From positions 8,522 to 72,521 of the IMG/VR virus record IMGVR_UViG_3300008116_000173: 64,000 nucleotides of DNA; one strand, written 5' to 3'. This DNA is from a virus. A program made the position numbers and the translations under genes. Of the stretch, positions 9,969-20,248 are shown in pieces (the first letter of the stretch is position 1; every line of letters starts with the position of its first letter). Under the pieces are notes generated by a model. The model was given only the letters and a program-made list of their open reading frames with translations, did no database searches and was not told the origin of the DNA.

Positions 9969-12900
9969 ATGTCACAAAGTTGTTTTAATTTTAGTCTTAA
10001 CGAAAATAAAAGAATAGCTGAAGATTTTGGAGAAATAGAAACTCAAAAATTAATTGAGTTGTATTTTCCAGATAAAAATCCTGCTAGTTATAATGAATTT
10101 ATAAGTAATGATAAAGTAAAAGAAGCTTTAGGTTTAAAAGGTATAACTGAAGCTAACAAACTTTTAAATACTAATTATAAAAAAGAAATTAGTAATCAAC
10201 AATTAATTAATTTAAAAAGTATTATTAGTCAAACTAATAATAAATTAAAAGGTGAAAATAAAAACATAGTATATAAATTATACAATGTTAAACAATTAGG
10301 TGAATCTGATAATTATACTTGGGGTATACGTGAAATAAAAGGTAATTTAGATGTTGATGCTAAAATTGAAAGAGCTTTAACTAGAGGTAAAACTGAACAA
10401 GCTAAAAATTTAAAAAATTTAAATGATAATAATCAATTAACATTATTTCAATTATCTAATAAACAAATTATTAAACCAGGAGTACAAGAACTATTTGATT
10501 CTAATCCTGAATTAGCTAATCAAGTATATGAAGCTTTAGGGTTTAAAAATCAAACACCTAAAAGATTAACTAAATCTGATAGAACTTTATCTAAGTATAT
10601 ATCTATTGGAAAATCTGAATTTGAAAAAGCTCAAAAAGAAGCCAATACCAAAAGTTCTGATTTTAATCATAATGGATTTAGATGGTATGAATCTGAGGAT
10701 GAGTTATTTGGTGGAAAAGATTGGAGAAAAGATGAATTACCACAAAGTAATAGTGGAACTTTTGAGGATGATTACTATAAGTTACAAGTAGAATTTTCTC
10801 AAAAAGCAAGAAGTTTTCATCCAGAAGATTTTGATGAAATGGGTTTTGAGTTATTGTATGATTTACCTCAAGATGAATTATTTCAAGCTATCAGATATTG
10901 GTATAAACCTTTAGAAGGAATTGAATTTACAGAATTAGCTGATATATATGACCCAAATTCTTCTTATAATAAAAAACATCCAGAAGATATTAAATCTAAA
11001 GATGCTTCTGATTTAAGAAAGTTTATTGAAAAAGAAATAGGAATTAAAAATAAACTATACCCTTCCTTAAACAACCAAATAACCCCACAACAAAAACAAA
11101 AAGCTCTACAACTATACTCTCAATACTTAGATACTATATTTCCTGAAAGAACAAATATTGTTTATTCTACATCAACACTAGATGATGGAAGTAATTTTTT
11201 AACAGATGATATAAATTATTCAAAAAAATATAAAGGTATTACAAAACCATATATTGTAAATTTAAAAAATTCTTTAAAAACTAATTATGGTATTAATATT
11301 GCAATTTCTAATATATTATTTGAAGAAAATCCTAATATAGATGTAATTTATGGTAAAGAAGGAGAAAGAATAAGTTATAAAGATATATGGGCTGAAATTC
11401 AACAAGATCCTGATTTAACACAAAATGAAGCTATAAAATTATTATCATCTAGACCAACAAGAAATATTAATGTTTTTGTTGTTAAAAATAAATCAGAAAA
11501 ATATGAATTAAATACTAAACAAGATATTGAAAATTTTAAAAATTTTATTAATAAAGAAAATAAATTAAATAATTTTGATTTAGATATTGATGAAAATCTA
11601 ACAAAAAAAGAAAAATTAACAAAATTTTTTACTCAATTTGGTTTTAAATTTGAAGAAGGAGATTTATCAACAGATTTATTAAAAAAAATAATATATGTTA
11701 ATAAAAATGATATTGAATTATTTATTAATAATTCTGTAAAAGCTTTAAGTCAACTTTTATTAGCTAATACTAATATAGATTTTAATAAACTTAAAAATTT
11801 AATTGAAAATACTGAAGAATTTAAAAGTTTATTAAATAATTCAACAACTGAATTTAAAAATAATTATTATCATATAAACAGTGGTAATAAAATTCCAATT
11901 AATGATTATAGAATTTATCAAAAAGATTATGAAAATATAAAAAAACAAGTAATTGAAAAATATTTAAAAGAATCTTTATTAGATAATAAAAATTTAAAAC
12001 CTTTACACAAATTAATTATTGATTTTATTAATTGGTTAAAAAATTTATTTGAAACTGCTACAAATTTAAAAGATATTACTGATAGTTTAATACAACAAGT
12101 TTTTGAAAATCAAAAAGAAATTATTATTAATTCTAATCTTTTAAAAAATAAAGAAAAAGTTAATTTAAATAAAGCTTTAAAAGAAACTAAACATGGTAAA
12201 AATATAATTAAAATATTTGGTGATTTTGGTTTAATTCTTACTGGTAGTATAAGTGCATCTGAACAAGGTACTATTTGGAGAAAAATTGGTAAACTTTTAC
12301 ACGATATTGATTGGATTGTACCTAAAGATTTTAATAAAGATTATTTACAAAAATTATTTGATGAATTTCCTGGAGCAACATTAATAAGACAATTTGATAG
12401 TCCTGGTTATTACACAAGAACATATGTTGTTCCACCAAAAGGATACACTATTGCTAATTTAGAATATTTTGAAAAAGAAAAATATAATGAAAAATATATT
12501 AAACAATATGATTTGTTAGATCAAAATAATAAAATAGTTAATAATTATAGAAGATATTATGATGTAACACCTGAAGGAAAAGTTTACGAAACAAAAGAAG
12601 TTTATAATGAAAATTTACAAAATGTTGATGTAAATTTAGATCCTGTATTAGTTGATTTTTTTGAAAATAAACAAAATTTAGAATTTAAACCTTATACTGT
12701 AAATGTAGAAGGTGTTAAACTACAATTATCAAATTGGTTATCTTCTTTTTCTGAAAAATTAAGATACGGTAGAGCTAAAGATTTATTAGATTATGCTTTA
12801 TTTATACCTAATGATTTAAATCAATCAAAAGATAATAAATCATTTCAATTAGAACCAACAATACAAAAAGATCCTACTGAAATTATTCAACAAGTTGATA

Positions 12901-15900
12901 CTTTATTAAATGATTATATTAATAACAATAATATAAAAGTTGAATTTAAAGATAGGGTTTTAGATGATAATGGTAATGATGTTGTAGCTTTTTACAATAG
13001 TGTTAAAAAAGTTATTGAGATTAATCAAAATCAACGTGATAGTAAAACATTACCTGAAGAATTAGCTCACCATTTACATTTAGCTTTAGGTAAAGATCAT
13101 ATACTTGTTAAACGTGCTTTTAACCTATTAAATAGGGTTGATTATAAAGCTATGTTAGGTCAAGAATATGTTGACTTATATAAAAATAATACAGATTTAT
13201 TAAAATTTGAAATATTAGGTAAATTAACTGCAGCAGCAGTACGTGGTGAAAAGATACCTTTACAAATGAATACTGTTGAAGGTAATAAGCTTTGGGATAC
13301 TATTAAACGTATGATTGATGCTGTTATAAAGTTATTTAAACCTGATGTAAATGTTCAAAAAGAACTTGATAATTTAAGTAATCAATTTGCTAATATGCTT
13401 AAATCAGGTGTTAAAGTTGATAGTGAAAAATCAATTAATGCTAAATTATATCAAACTAATAAAGATTTAATTAATTTAAGTTCTAAAATTAAACCTGCTT
13501 ACGTTTATTATACAACATTATCAACAGCACTTAAAAAGAAACAAAAACAATTTAGTGCATTATCTGAAGAATATAAAATTATTCAAAATCAAATTAATAC
13601 TATTGATATATCATTAAGAGAATTAATTCAAAATGAAAATGAATTACCTTTAATTAATCTTGTTGAAGAAACTATAACAACTGTAGCTCAAAACATTAAT
13701 GATTTTGAAATTAATTATTCTAAAGGTATAATGCCTTCAGAAAAAAATATTATTGAAGCTGTTGAAATACTTAAAAAGTTTTCAGGATTTCCTGGTACAG
13801 AAAGTAAAATTAATGCTTTAAAAGCTAGATTAATTAATTTTATTAAACCTTATTTAGCAAATAAAGCTTCTGAGGTATTAGGTAAACCTGTTACTGAGGA
13901 AGATATATCTGCTGTAACAAGTGATATTAATGTACTTGAAAAGAATTTTGGTACATTAGCAAGAACTGAATTTACATTATCACGTATGCTTGGTTTATTA
14001 ATTAAACAAAAGCAAAATACTATAGAACGTGAAAATAAGCAAGCTTTTGAACAAGTACAAGCTGCTACTAATAAATTAAAAGATTGGGCAGCTAGCAAAG
14101 GTATGTCTTTAGAGCAAGCTTTTGATGTATTACAACAAGAATACAGAGGTACTAGAATATTAACTAAAGAATATACTAGTGAATTTTATAAGTTAATTAA
14201 TGATACTTATAAATTAGATCCTGAAAAAGCTAAAGAAGCACGTGCTAAAATAGCTATTTGGGATGCTGCTAATAAAAAATGGATACCTAAATCTACTAAG
14301 TATAATAATCCAAATTACCAATTAATACATAAAAAAGGTAATGAAGATTTATTAAACTATTATAATTTCTTTAAAGATCAAATTCAAAAAATATCTGATA
14401 ATACATTACCTATTGAATTAGATGATTATTTTATACCTAATGTGTATGAAGAAACACTTTTAGATATATTAAAAACTGAAGATGCTGTTGGTGATAAATT
14501 AAAAGATAGTGTTATCCATATATTAGAATTTAATCCATTTGAAAAAATGGGTACTGTTGATAAGCAGATGGATGTTATTTATGATGCTGATTTGATTGGT
14601 GATAAAATACCTTTAAAATACATTCAAGCACTACCTGAAGATAAGAAATCTAAAAATTTAAGTGCAGCATTATTAAAATTCATGTATTTTGCTAATAGTT
14701 ATAATCACATGAATGAAATATTACCTATTGCTAACTTAGTTCAGGAAACTATAACAGACCCTGATACTAGTAAAATACTTCAATATGGTAACCCTAACTT
14801 AAACGTTGCTGCTAAATCTAATATAGTTGACATGGTTAAAACTATAAAAGAAATGCAGATTTTAGGTAAGATGCGTAAAGAGAATGAAATGTTTAATGTA
14901 TTAGGTTATAAATTAAACTATGGTAAATTAATTGATTTTGGTTTACAGTACACTTCTAAAATACGTTTAGGTTTAAATCCATTTGCTGCATTAGCTAACG
15001 TTGCTGTAGGTAACTTAGGTAATATTATTGAAGCTGCAGGTGGTAAATACTTTACATTAAGTGAATATTTTAGTGCTTTAGGTACCTTTACAACTGAAGC
15101 TAAAAAAGTAGATGGATTGATTAATCTATTTAACCCTTTGATGGAAATGGATGATTATGAAAATCTTAAAAAATTAGGTGTTGGTTCTAAAGAATACCGT
15201 GAAAAAATAAATGGTTTGTTATATGCACCTACACGTATGGGTGAAAAACAAATGCAAACTACTACTATGATTGCTATATTAAAGCATAAAAAAGTTGACA
15301 TTAAAGATAAAAAAGGTAATGTAACTGGTAGTATATCAATGTTAGATGCTTTTGATAGTAATGGTAAATGGGATACTGCTAAAATGGGTTATGAATTAAA
15401 TGAACAAGAAATTAATAAAATAACCAATAGAGTACATGGTGTTAACCAAATGATTCATGGTAGGTATTCAGCTAAAGATGCTGCTGCAATGCAACAATAT
15501 GCTATGTATAGGGCTTTAATGCAATTTAAAAAATGGATACCAGCTGCTGTTGAACAACGTTTTATGGCTAGACGTTATGACCCACTATTAGATGAAGAAA
15601 CTGAAGGTAGGTATTGGGCTTATGCTAAAGGTCTTAGACTTATGATGGCTAAATTAAAAAATGATGCCAAAAAGATTGAAGAAAATAAGTTTACTGAATT
15701 AGATTGGTATAACATGCGTAGAAATGCTATGGAAGTACTAATGATAGGTTTAATGTTTGGTTTAACTACTTTCCTTAAAGCTGGTGATGATGATGATGAA
15801 TTAAAGCGTAATGCAAGTTATAAGACTTATATGCGCCTTTTAAACAGCGTTAGTGGTGATTTAATGCAATGGTATTTACCAGGTACATTTTTAGATAAAG

Positions 15901-16139
15901 CTATGGTATTACCTGTAACTAAAACATTAAGGTCACTTGAAAGAACTATACAGTATACACCTTATATGTTTGGTGATTATACTAGTGATGCTTCAGGTAC
16001 TTATGAAGCTGGTGAACGTAAAGATGAAAATAAATTCTGGAGTAATTTCTTTAATAATGTACCTTTTGGTAGTACTACTGCTGACATGTACAGAACATGG
16101 TTTAAAGATGATGTAAGTTACATACCTCGTAATAGGTAA
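9969..16139 (+). CDS. Giant virion (ejected/cargo) protein of the RNAP gene block, with inserted domains
   Basis: 2056 aa directly after the vRNAP. LPEELAHH degenerate zincin-like motif, internal NTase motif TGS...HDIDW, and a C-terminal region (MQFKKWIP...RF, EGRY, hydrophobic helix) resembling large phage ejection proteins. Confidence 0.75.
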   Translation: MSQSCFNFSLNENKRIAEDFGEIETQKLIELYFPDKNPASYNEFISNDKVKEALGLKGITEANKLLNTNYKKEISNQQLINLKSIISQTNNKLKGENKNIVYKLYNVKQLGESDNYTWGIREIKGNLDVDAKIERALTRGKTEQAKNLKNLNDNNQLTLFQLSNKQIIKPGVQELFDSNPELANQVYEALGFKNQTPKRLTKSDRTLSKYISIGKSEFEKAQKEANTKSSDFNHNGFRWYESEDELFGGKDWRKDELPQSNSGTFEDDYYKLQVEFSQKARSFHPEDFDEMGFELLYDLPQDELFQAIRYWYKPLEGIEFTELADIYDPNSSYNKKHPEDIKSKDASDLRKFIEKEIGIKNKLYPSLNNQITPQQKQKALQLYSQYLDTIFPERTNIVYSTSTLDDGSNFLTDDINYSKKYKGITKPYIVNLKNSLKTNYGINIAISNILFEENPNIDVIYGKEGERISYKDIWAEIQQDPDLTQNEAIKLLSSRPTRNINVFVVKNKSEKYELNTKQDIENFKNFINKENKLNNFDLDIDENLTKKEKLTKFFTQFGFKFEEGDLSTDLLKKIIYVNKNDIELFINNSVKALSQLLLANTNIDFNKLKNLIENTEEFKSLLNNSTTEFKNNYYHINSGNKIPINDYRIYQKDYENIKKQVIEKYLKESLLDNKNLKPLHKLIIDFINWLKNLFETATNLKDITDSLIQQVFENQKEIIINSNLLKNKEKVNLNKALKETKHGKNIIKIFGDFGLILTGSISASEQGTIWRKIGKLLHDIDWIVPKDFNKDYLQKLFDEFPGATLIRQFDSPGYYTRTYVVPPKGYTIANLEYFEKEKYNEKYIKQYDLLDQNNKIVNNYRRYYDVTPEGKVYETKEVYNENLQNVDVNLDPVLVDFFENKQNLEFKPYTVNVEGVKLQLSNWLSSFSEKLRYGRAKDLLDYALFIPNDLNQSKDNKSFQLEPTIQKDPTEIIQQVDTLLNDYINNNNIKVEFKDRVLDDNGNDVVAFYNSVKKVIEINQNQRDSKTLPEELAHHLHLALGKDHILVKRAFNLLNRVDYKAMLGQEYVDLYKNNTDLLKFEILGKLTAAAVRGEKIPLQMNTVEGNKLWDTIKRMIDAVIKLFKPDVNVQKELDNLSNQFANMLKSGVKVDSEKSINAKLYQTNKDLINLSSKIKPAYVYYTTLSTALKKKQKQFSALSEEYKIIQNQINTIDISLRELIQNENELPLINLVEETITTVAQNINDFEINYSKGIMPSEKNIIEAVEILKKFSGFPGTESKINALKARLINFIKPYLANKASEVLGKPVTEEDISAVTSDINVLEKNFGTLARTEFTLSRMLGLLIKQKQNTIERENKQAFEQVQAATNKLKDWAASKGMSLEQAFDVLQQEYRGTRILTKEYTSEFYKLINDTYKLDPEKAKEARAKIAIWDAANKKWIPKSTKYNNPNYQLIHKKGNEDLLNYYNFFKDQIQKISDNTLPIELDDYFIPNVYEETLLDILKTEDAVGDKLKDSVIHILEFNPFEKMGTVDKQMDVIYDADLIGDKIPLKYIQALPEDKKSKNLSAALLKFMYFANSYNHMNEILPIANLVQETITDPDTSKILQYGNPNLNVAAKSNIVDMVKTIKEMQILGKMRKENEMFNVLGYKLNYGKLIDFGLQYTSKIRLGLNPFAALANVAVGNLGNIIEAAGGKYFTLSEYFSALGTFTTEAKKVDGLINLFNPLMEMDDYENLKKLGVGSKEYREKINGLLYAPTRMGEKQMQTTTMIAILKHKKVDIKDKKGNVTGSISMLDAFDSNGKWDTAKMGYELNEQEINKITNRVHGVNQMIHGRYSAKDAAAMQQYAMYRALMQFKKWIPAAVEQRFMARRYDPLLDEETEGRYWAYAKGLRLMMAKLKNDAKKIEENKFTELDWYNMRRNAMEVLMIGLMFGLTTFLKAGDDDDELKRNASYKTYMRLLNSVSGDLMQWYLPGTFLDKAMVLPVTKTLRSLERTIQYTPYMFGDYTSDASGTYEAGERKDENKFWSNFFNNVPFGSTTADMYRTWFKDDVSYIPRNR

Positions 16140-16157
16140 TTCAATATCAATGCAGGT

Positions 16158-16206
16158 AAAAAAAAGGGTTAGCTCACTTAAGAACTAACCCTTGATTTAT
16201 TTTTTA
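16158..16206. terminator. Probable bidirectional intrinsic terminator between the convergent blocks
   Basis: AAGGGTTAG (16164-72) / CTAACCCTT (16185-93) stem with an A-run on the left and a T-rich tract on the right. Confidence 0.8.
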
Positions 16207-16214
16207 TTAATTAA

Positions 16215-16406
16215 TTAAAACGTACTTAAATAATTTTTAGCAGCTTTAAGTGTATCAAATGTAATACGCTTACTAACACCACTAACACATTTACGCACAG
16301 TATATTTACCACTTATTTGTTTGTAAATATTCTTTGCTATACGTTGATCTTGCTTTAGGTTTGTAACCTTGGTTTTAGATTTACCCTTGTTTGTTTGTTT
16401 TTTCAT
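16215..16406 (-). CDS. Small basic protein, possible AP2/integrase-type DNA-binding domain
   Basis: KNIY...GKYTVR...G...ITFDTLKAAKNY pattern resembles three-stranded beta-sheet DNA-binding domains. Confidence 0.45.
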   Translation of the reverse strand: MKKQTNKGKSKTKVTNLKQDQRIAKNIYKQISGKYTVRKCVSGVSKRITFDTLKAAKNYLSTF

Positions 16407-16415
16407 AGTTTATAT

Positions 16416-16646
16416 TTAATCTTTAAATTTATTGACTATACTGTCCCAACTAACCCAAATCTTATTATTATCATCACACAAGTAAAATAAACCATCATAT
16501 TCAAGAAATACAACAGATTCTTTAGTTGCTTGGGAATGTGCTAAAACTTGGTTGTTTTCATCATGTACTACAAGTACATTATAGTTTTCATTAACACCTT
16601 TATCATTAGGTATTTGAACTACGTCTTTAAATATATTAAATTTCAT
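16416..16646 (-). CDS. Hypothetical protein
   Basis: ORF packed into the operon with typical codon usage. Confidence 0.6.
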   Translation of the reverse strand: MKFNIFKDVVQIPNDKGVNENYNVLVVHDENNQVLAHSQATKESVVFLEYDGLFYLCDDNNKIWVSWDSIVNKFKD

Positions 16647-16647
16647 A

Positions 16648-16974
16648 TTATCTATTATCTCCAGAGCCTTGTATTACACCTCTGTTCATCCTATCTTTTA
16701 ATTTAGCTATATTATTTTCTGCAATAGCATTCATATCAAGTCCTAAATCTCTAGATAAGGCAGCTATATACCAAAGTACATCACCTATTTCTTTACCAAT
16801 CTCTACCACACTAGCAGGTGAATATACGCCATTATTATCCCGTAATACTTTTTTAATCTTACCTAAAACTTCACCAGCTTCATTGCTAAGACCTAAAGCA
16901 GGGTAAATAATTTTGCTATTGTCACTGTAAACAGCTGTCTGTGCAGCTTCATTTTGATATTCGTTAAACGTCAT
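16648..16974 (-). CDS. mazG: MazG-like nucleoside triphosphate pyrophosphohydrolase
   Basis: MTFNEYQ...YPALGLSNEAGEV...KEIGDVLWY...NIAKLKDR...GSGDNR is the classic phage MazG-like signature. Confidence 0.9.
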   Translation of the reverse strand: MTFNEYQNEAAQTAVYSDNSKIIYPALGLSNEAGEVLGKIKKVLRDNNGVYSPASVVEIGKEIGDVLWYIAALSRDLGLDMNAIAENNIAKLKDRMNRGVIQGSGDNR

Positions 16975-17924
16975 TTTGTTTCTTTTATTACTGCAAAGCT
17001 AGCATAAGCTCCACATTTTTTACATTGTTTTTGTATTTTTAACACACCTGTAGCAGTTATACGTTTTTTACAATATGCTAAATCATTATTACCACATTTA
17101 GGGCAAGTATGTTTATCATGACCACGTAATACACCTACATGTGTTTTAGCTGATACATAATTTTCAAGTTTCTTAAATACACGTTCTAATAATAAAACAT
17201 CATTACAACAATATTTAATCATCTTGCTTAAGGCTGTAGGATCATTATTTTCAATAATCTTTTTCCACAATTCAAACCCACCTGTATCTATTTTCTTCCC
17301 TACTTTAAGTATTTGACCTATGTAGTCCAACCTGTTAGAGTTAAATTTAAACTCTTTACGGGCTATTTTAAGTGTATCTATACTGGTTATAGAAGGCATG
17401 TTTCTAATACCATGATATAAACACCTGGTTTTGAACCACTTAATATCAAACTTATCTGAATTATGACCTACAATCTCATCAGCATCCATTATAATTTTAT
17501 AGAACTGATGGATCATTTCATAATCATCACCTTTATTCCAATGTAAAGAATGTACTTTATTTTCATGTTCCCATTTGTAACATATACAAATAATGGCTCT
17601 TTCCTTAATAATATTTTGGTAACCTACATTAAGGTTATAACCAATAGTCCATGAATAAACAACATTAGGGCTTGTTTCAATGTCAAAATATAGGCGTTTT
17701 AAGCTATTTTTAGGCATTTTAAAGACACTTTGTTGTTCAGGTATACTTTTACTTGGTTTAGATTTAGTAAACGATTTAAAGTTATCCTGAGCTGTTTTTT
17801 TAGCTATTACAATATCATTTAGTGACCACCTAGGCCACATTGATTTTATAAACTTTACGTTTTTCTTGAAATAGCCTGGTCTATCCATTAGCCATTTATA
17901 TATAACTAATTGATTTTCAGTCAT
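16971..17924 (-). CDS. DnaQ/DEDD-like 3'-5' exonuclease (RNase H-like) with C-terminal Zn ribbon
   Basis: LYFDIETS, GHNSDKFDIKW, YCCNDV motifs; CPKCG...CKKCG. Confidence 0.85.
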   Translation of the reverse strand: MTENQLVIYKWLMDRPGYFKKNVKFIKSMWPRWSLNDIVIAKKTAQDNFKSFTKSKPSKSIPEQQSVFKMPKNSLKRLYFDIETSPNVVYSWTIGYNLNVGYQNIIKERAIICICYKWEHENKVHSLHWNKGDDYEMIHQFYKIIMDADEIVGHNSDKFDIKWFKTRCLYHGIRNMPSITSIDTLKIARKEFKFNSNRLDYIGQILKVGKKIDTGGFELWKKIIENNDPTALSKMIKYCCNDVLLLERVFKKLENYVSAKTHVGVLRGHDKHTCPKCGNNDLAYCKKRITATGVLKIQKQCKKCGAYASFAVIKETK

Positions 17925-18384
17925 TTGTTTTTGTTTTATATACTACATTACGGTCATCAACACCTTTATTTGTTTTTTGACTATCTAAAATCATCATAAT
18001 ACTGGCTGCTGCATTAGCCAAATGATTAGTACCAATCTCATCAATATCTTCCCCACGTAACCATTGGTTTAAATGACGCATAGCTGCTGCTATATAACGC
18101 CTGTAATTAGTACCATGACTATAATTAAATACCCCATATTTTTGAGCACCTTTTGAAAATACTATTGCTATTTCTAATAATGCTTCTTGTGGTATTAATG
18201 TAAAGTCAGGTTTATCATGATCAAATTTTATAGTTTCTTTAATTTCTACAGTATTTGAATTACTATATGTAGTATTTGATTTATAATTAGGATAATATTC
18301 TCCTATTTTAGGTGCAGAAACCCTATTTTCTAGGGCTTCTGTTCCATTTGCTGGTCTATTTAGTTTATTAAAGTCAAATTCCAT
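17917..18384 (-). CDS. dATP/dGTP diphosphohydrolase-like protein (DUF5664 type)
   Basis: KFDHDKPDFTLIP...VFSKGAQKYG..NY..G...RYIAAAMRHL..W..GED.D...HLANAA. Confidence 0.8.
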   Translation of the reverse strand: MEFDFNKLNRPANGTEALENRVSAPKIGEYYPNYKSNTTYSNSNTVEIKETIKFDHDKPDFTLIPQEALLEIAIVFSKGAQKYGVFNYSHGTNYRRYIAAAMRHLNQWLRGEDIDEIGTNHLANAAASIMMILDSQKTNKGVDDRNVVYKTKTND

Positions 18385-18397
18385 TCGGCAAATATAA

Positions 18398-20248
18398 TTA
18401 TTTTATTTCACATGCACCACCTGCGCAAGCAGCTTGGTCAGTAAAATTTGTACCATCCTCATTTTCAATGACTTTAGTTAAGTCAATCTCTTTTAAACTT
18501 GAGCTAAGTTTATCAAAAACAGCCTTAGTACAGTTTTCAAATGGTGCTTGTATATAGCTACCATTATCATAAGGTAATACACTTATACCGTTATATGTGT
18601 GTTTATTATGCCACATCCAATCTCCTACAATAATCCATTCTTCAGGTTTAATAGACACTGTTGCACTAACGTTATTTGTATTATCACCTTTTCTGTGACC
18701 ATTTCTAACCCACTCTAGATTAAATTTGCTAATACGATCTAATAACTGCATAGCACTTTCAGTTCTTAATATAGAACCTTGTGGTGCTTCTTGAGGTATA
18801 GTTATAATAGCAGTATCTGATCTTAACTGGTCATCTTCTATAAGTTCAGGATGATGTATTGCTAAGTGAAAGTATAAAGGATCATTTTTCATAAGCCTAA
18901 TACGACGTAAATAATAATCATTATGCCATGCATGAATACCACTAGATGTACCTAATACACAACTTGTAGTGCCACTAGGTTTAATAGTTGTTACACGTGC
19001 AGCTTCATTAATATGTAATATAGCAGCATAATGTTTATTAGTTGCTTTAGCAAGTTCAGCAGCTAAGTTTAAATCATAATTTAAAATAGTACCTGAACCA
19101 ATACCAGTCATACCAACACCAATTAATGCATCTTCTTCAGTTGTTTTTTTCCATATGCTGCGCAGATAATGAAAATCTGTAAAGCCAGCCTGTAATGTAC
19201 CAAAGAATGCTGCTGTTGATACCCTTGTATTTAAATCATCTTGTGACGTTATATCACTTACATTTACTTCACATAAATTACAAAATTGGTATGGACGTAA
19301 AGCAATCTCACAACATGGGTTAGTACCCCAATCTAAATTATTAGTCCAATATACACCTGGTTCTCCACTACCTGATAGTTCTATCTTCTTCCAAATATTT
19401 TTAAATTCTTGTTCTGTTGTTGTAGCTCTATCTAAAACTACAGAGTTATTTGCTCTACCACGTTGGGCATTTAATTCCCACCATGCACCAAATTTACATT
19501 CTAGCATTTCCTGGTCATCATGTGAAAATAAGCTAATCATTGCTGAACGCCTAATACCACCTGATAACACAGCATCTGCTATGTGACACATTAAATCATG
19601 ACAATCAATAGGTTTTAGTTTATCACCGTTTTCCTTACGTTCAAATATACTTTCCATATGTGCTAAACATATTTTTAATGGTTCAGGTCCTGGTGCTTTA
19701 CCACCAGCTGTAACCAAACGCACACCTTTATGACGTATATCTGAAAAATTAAATTTAGGTTTATATTGTGTATAACCTAAATATGATTTAACAAGTGCTT
19801 TAATAGCATCAGCCCAACCTTCTAAAGAATCACCAATGATGAATTTCTTTTCCTTAATAGGTTTTTTAATAGCTGGTAATTGGTCAACATGTTGTTTTTG
19901 TACTGAAAAACCAACACCAGTACCACCTAATAATAAGAACATGGCTTCACTGAATGCTTTATAATTATCTACAGGAAAATATGCACAATTATATATCCTG
20001 CTTTCGTTTTTAAATATAGGTAAACCTGCAAATTGCATAGCACGCATACTTGGTAATATTTGTTTATTACGCACTAATAACATTTTGGTTGTGATATCCT
20101 CAGTTAATTGAGGATACCGTTCAACCATCATGTTCTCATACCTATCACAAATTTCCTGCCAAGTTTCTCTACGACTAAACTCAGGTTTAAATTTTGCATA
20201 CTTGTTAAAAATTGTAATTTCTGATAAAATTTGATTACTGATTGTCAT
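18398..20248 (-). CDS. nrdJ: Class II (B12-dependent, monomeric RTPR-type) ribonucleotide reductase
   Basis: YNCAY, GTGVGFSV, RRSAMISL, TNPCCEI, TTIKPSGT and C-terminal CAGGACE. Confidence 0.92.
   Translation of the reverse strand: MTISNQILSEITIFNKYAKFKPEFSRRETWQEICDRYENMMVERYPQLTEDITTKMLLVRNKQILPSMRAMQFAGLPIFKNESRIYNCAYFPVDNYKAFSEAMFLLLGGTGVGFSVQKQHVDQLPAIKKPIKEKKFIIGDSLEGWADAIKALVKSYLGYTQYKPKFNFSDIRHKGVRLVTAGGKAPGPEPLKICLAHMESIFERKENGDKLKPIDCHDLMCHIADAVLSGGIRRSAMISLFSHDDQEMLECKFGAWWELNAQRGRANNSVVLDRATTTEQEFKNIWKKIELSGSGEPGVYWTNNLDWGTNPCCEIALRPYQFCNLCEVNVSDITSQDDLNTRVSTAAFFGTLQAGFTDFHYLRSIWKKTTEEDALIGVGMTGIGSGTILNYDLNLAAELAKATNKHYAAILHINEAARVTTIKPSGTTSCVLGTSSGIHAWHNDYYLRRIRLMKNDPLYFHLAIHHPELIEDDQLRSDTAIITIPQEAPQGSILRTESAMQLLDRISKFNLEWVRNGHRKGDNTNNVSATVSIKPEEWIIVGDWMWHNKHTYNGISVLPYDNGSYIQAPFENCTKAVFDKLSSSLKEIDLTKVIENEDGTNFTDQAACAGGACEIK

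Noticed and set aside
4519-14098. Short ORFs 4519..4710, 9415..9672, 10606..10791 and 13850..14098
   Set aside because: Antisense or alternate-frame shadows inside the giant genes, with no recognisable motifs.
16648-18384. 2-aminoadenine (Z-genome) pathway
   Set aside because: Pyrophosphatases are present, but no PurZ-like gene is in the window, so it cannot be claimed.
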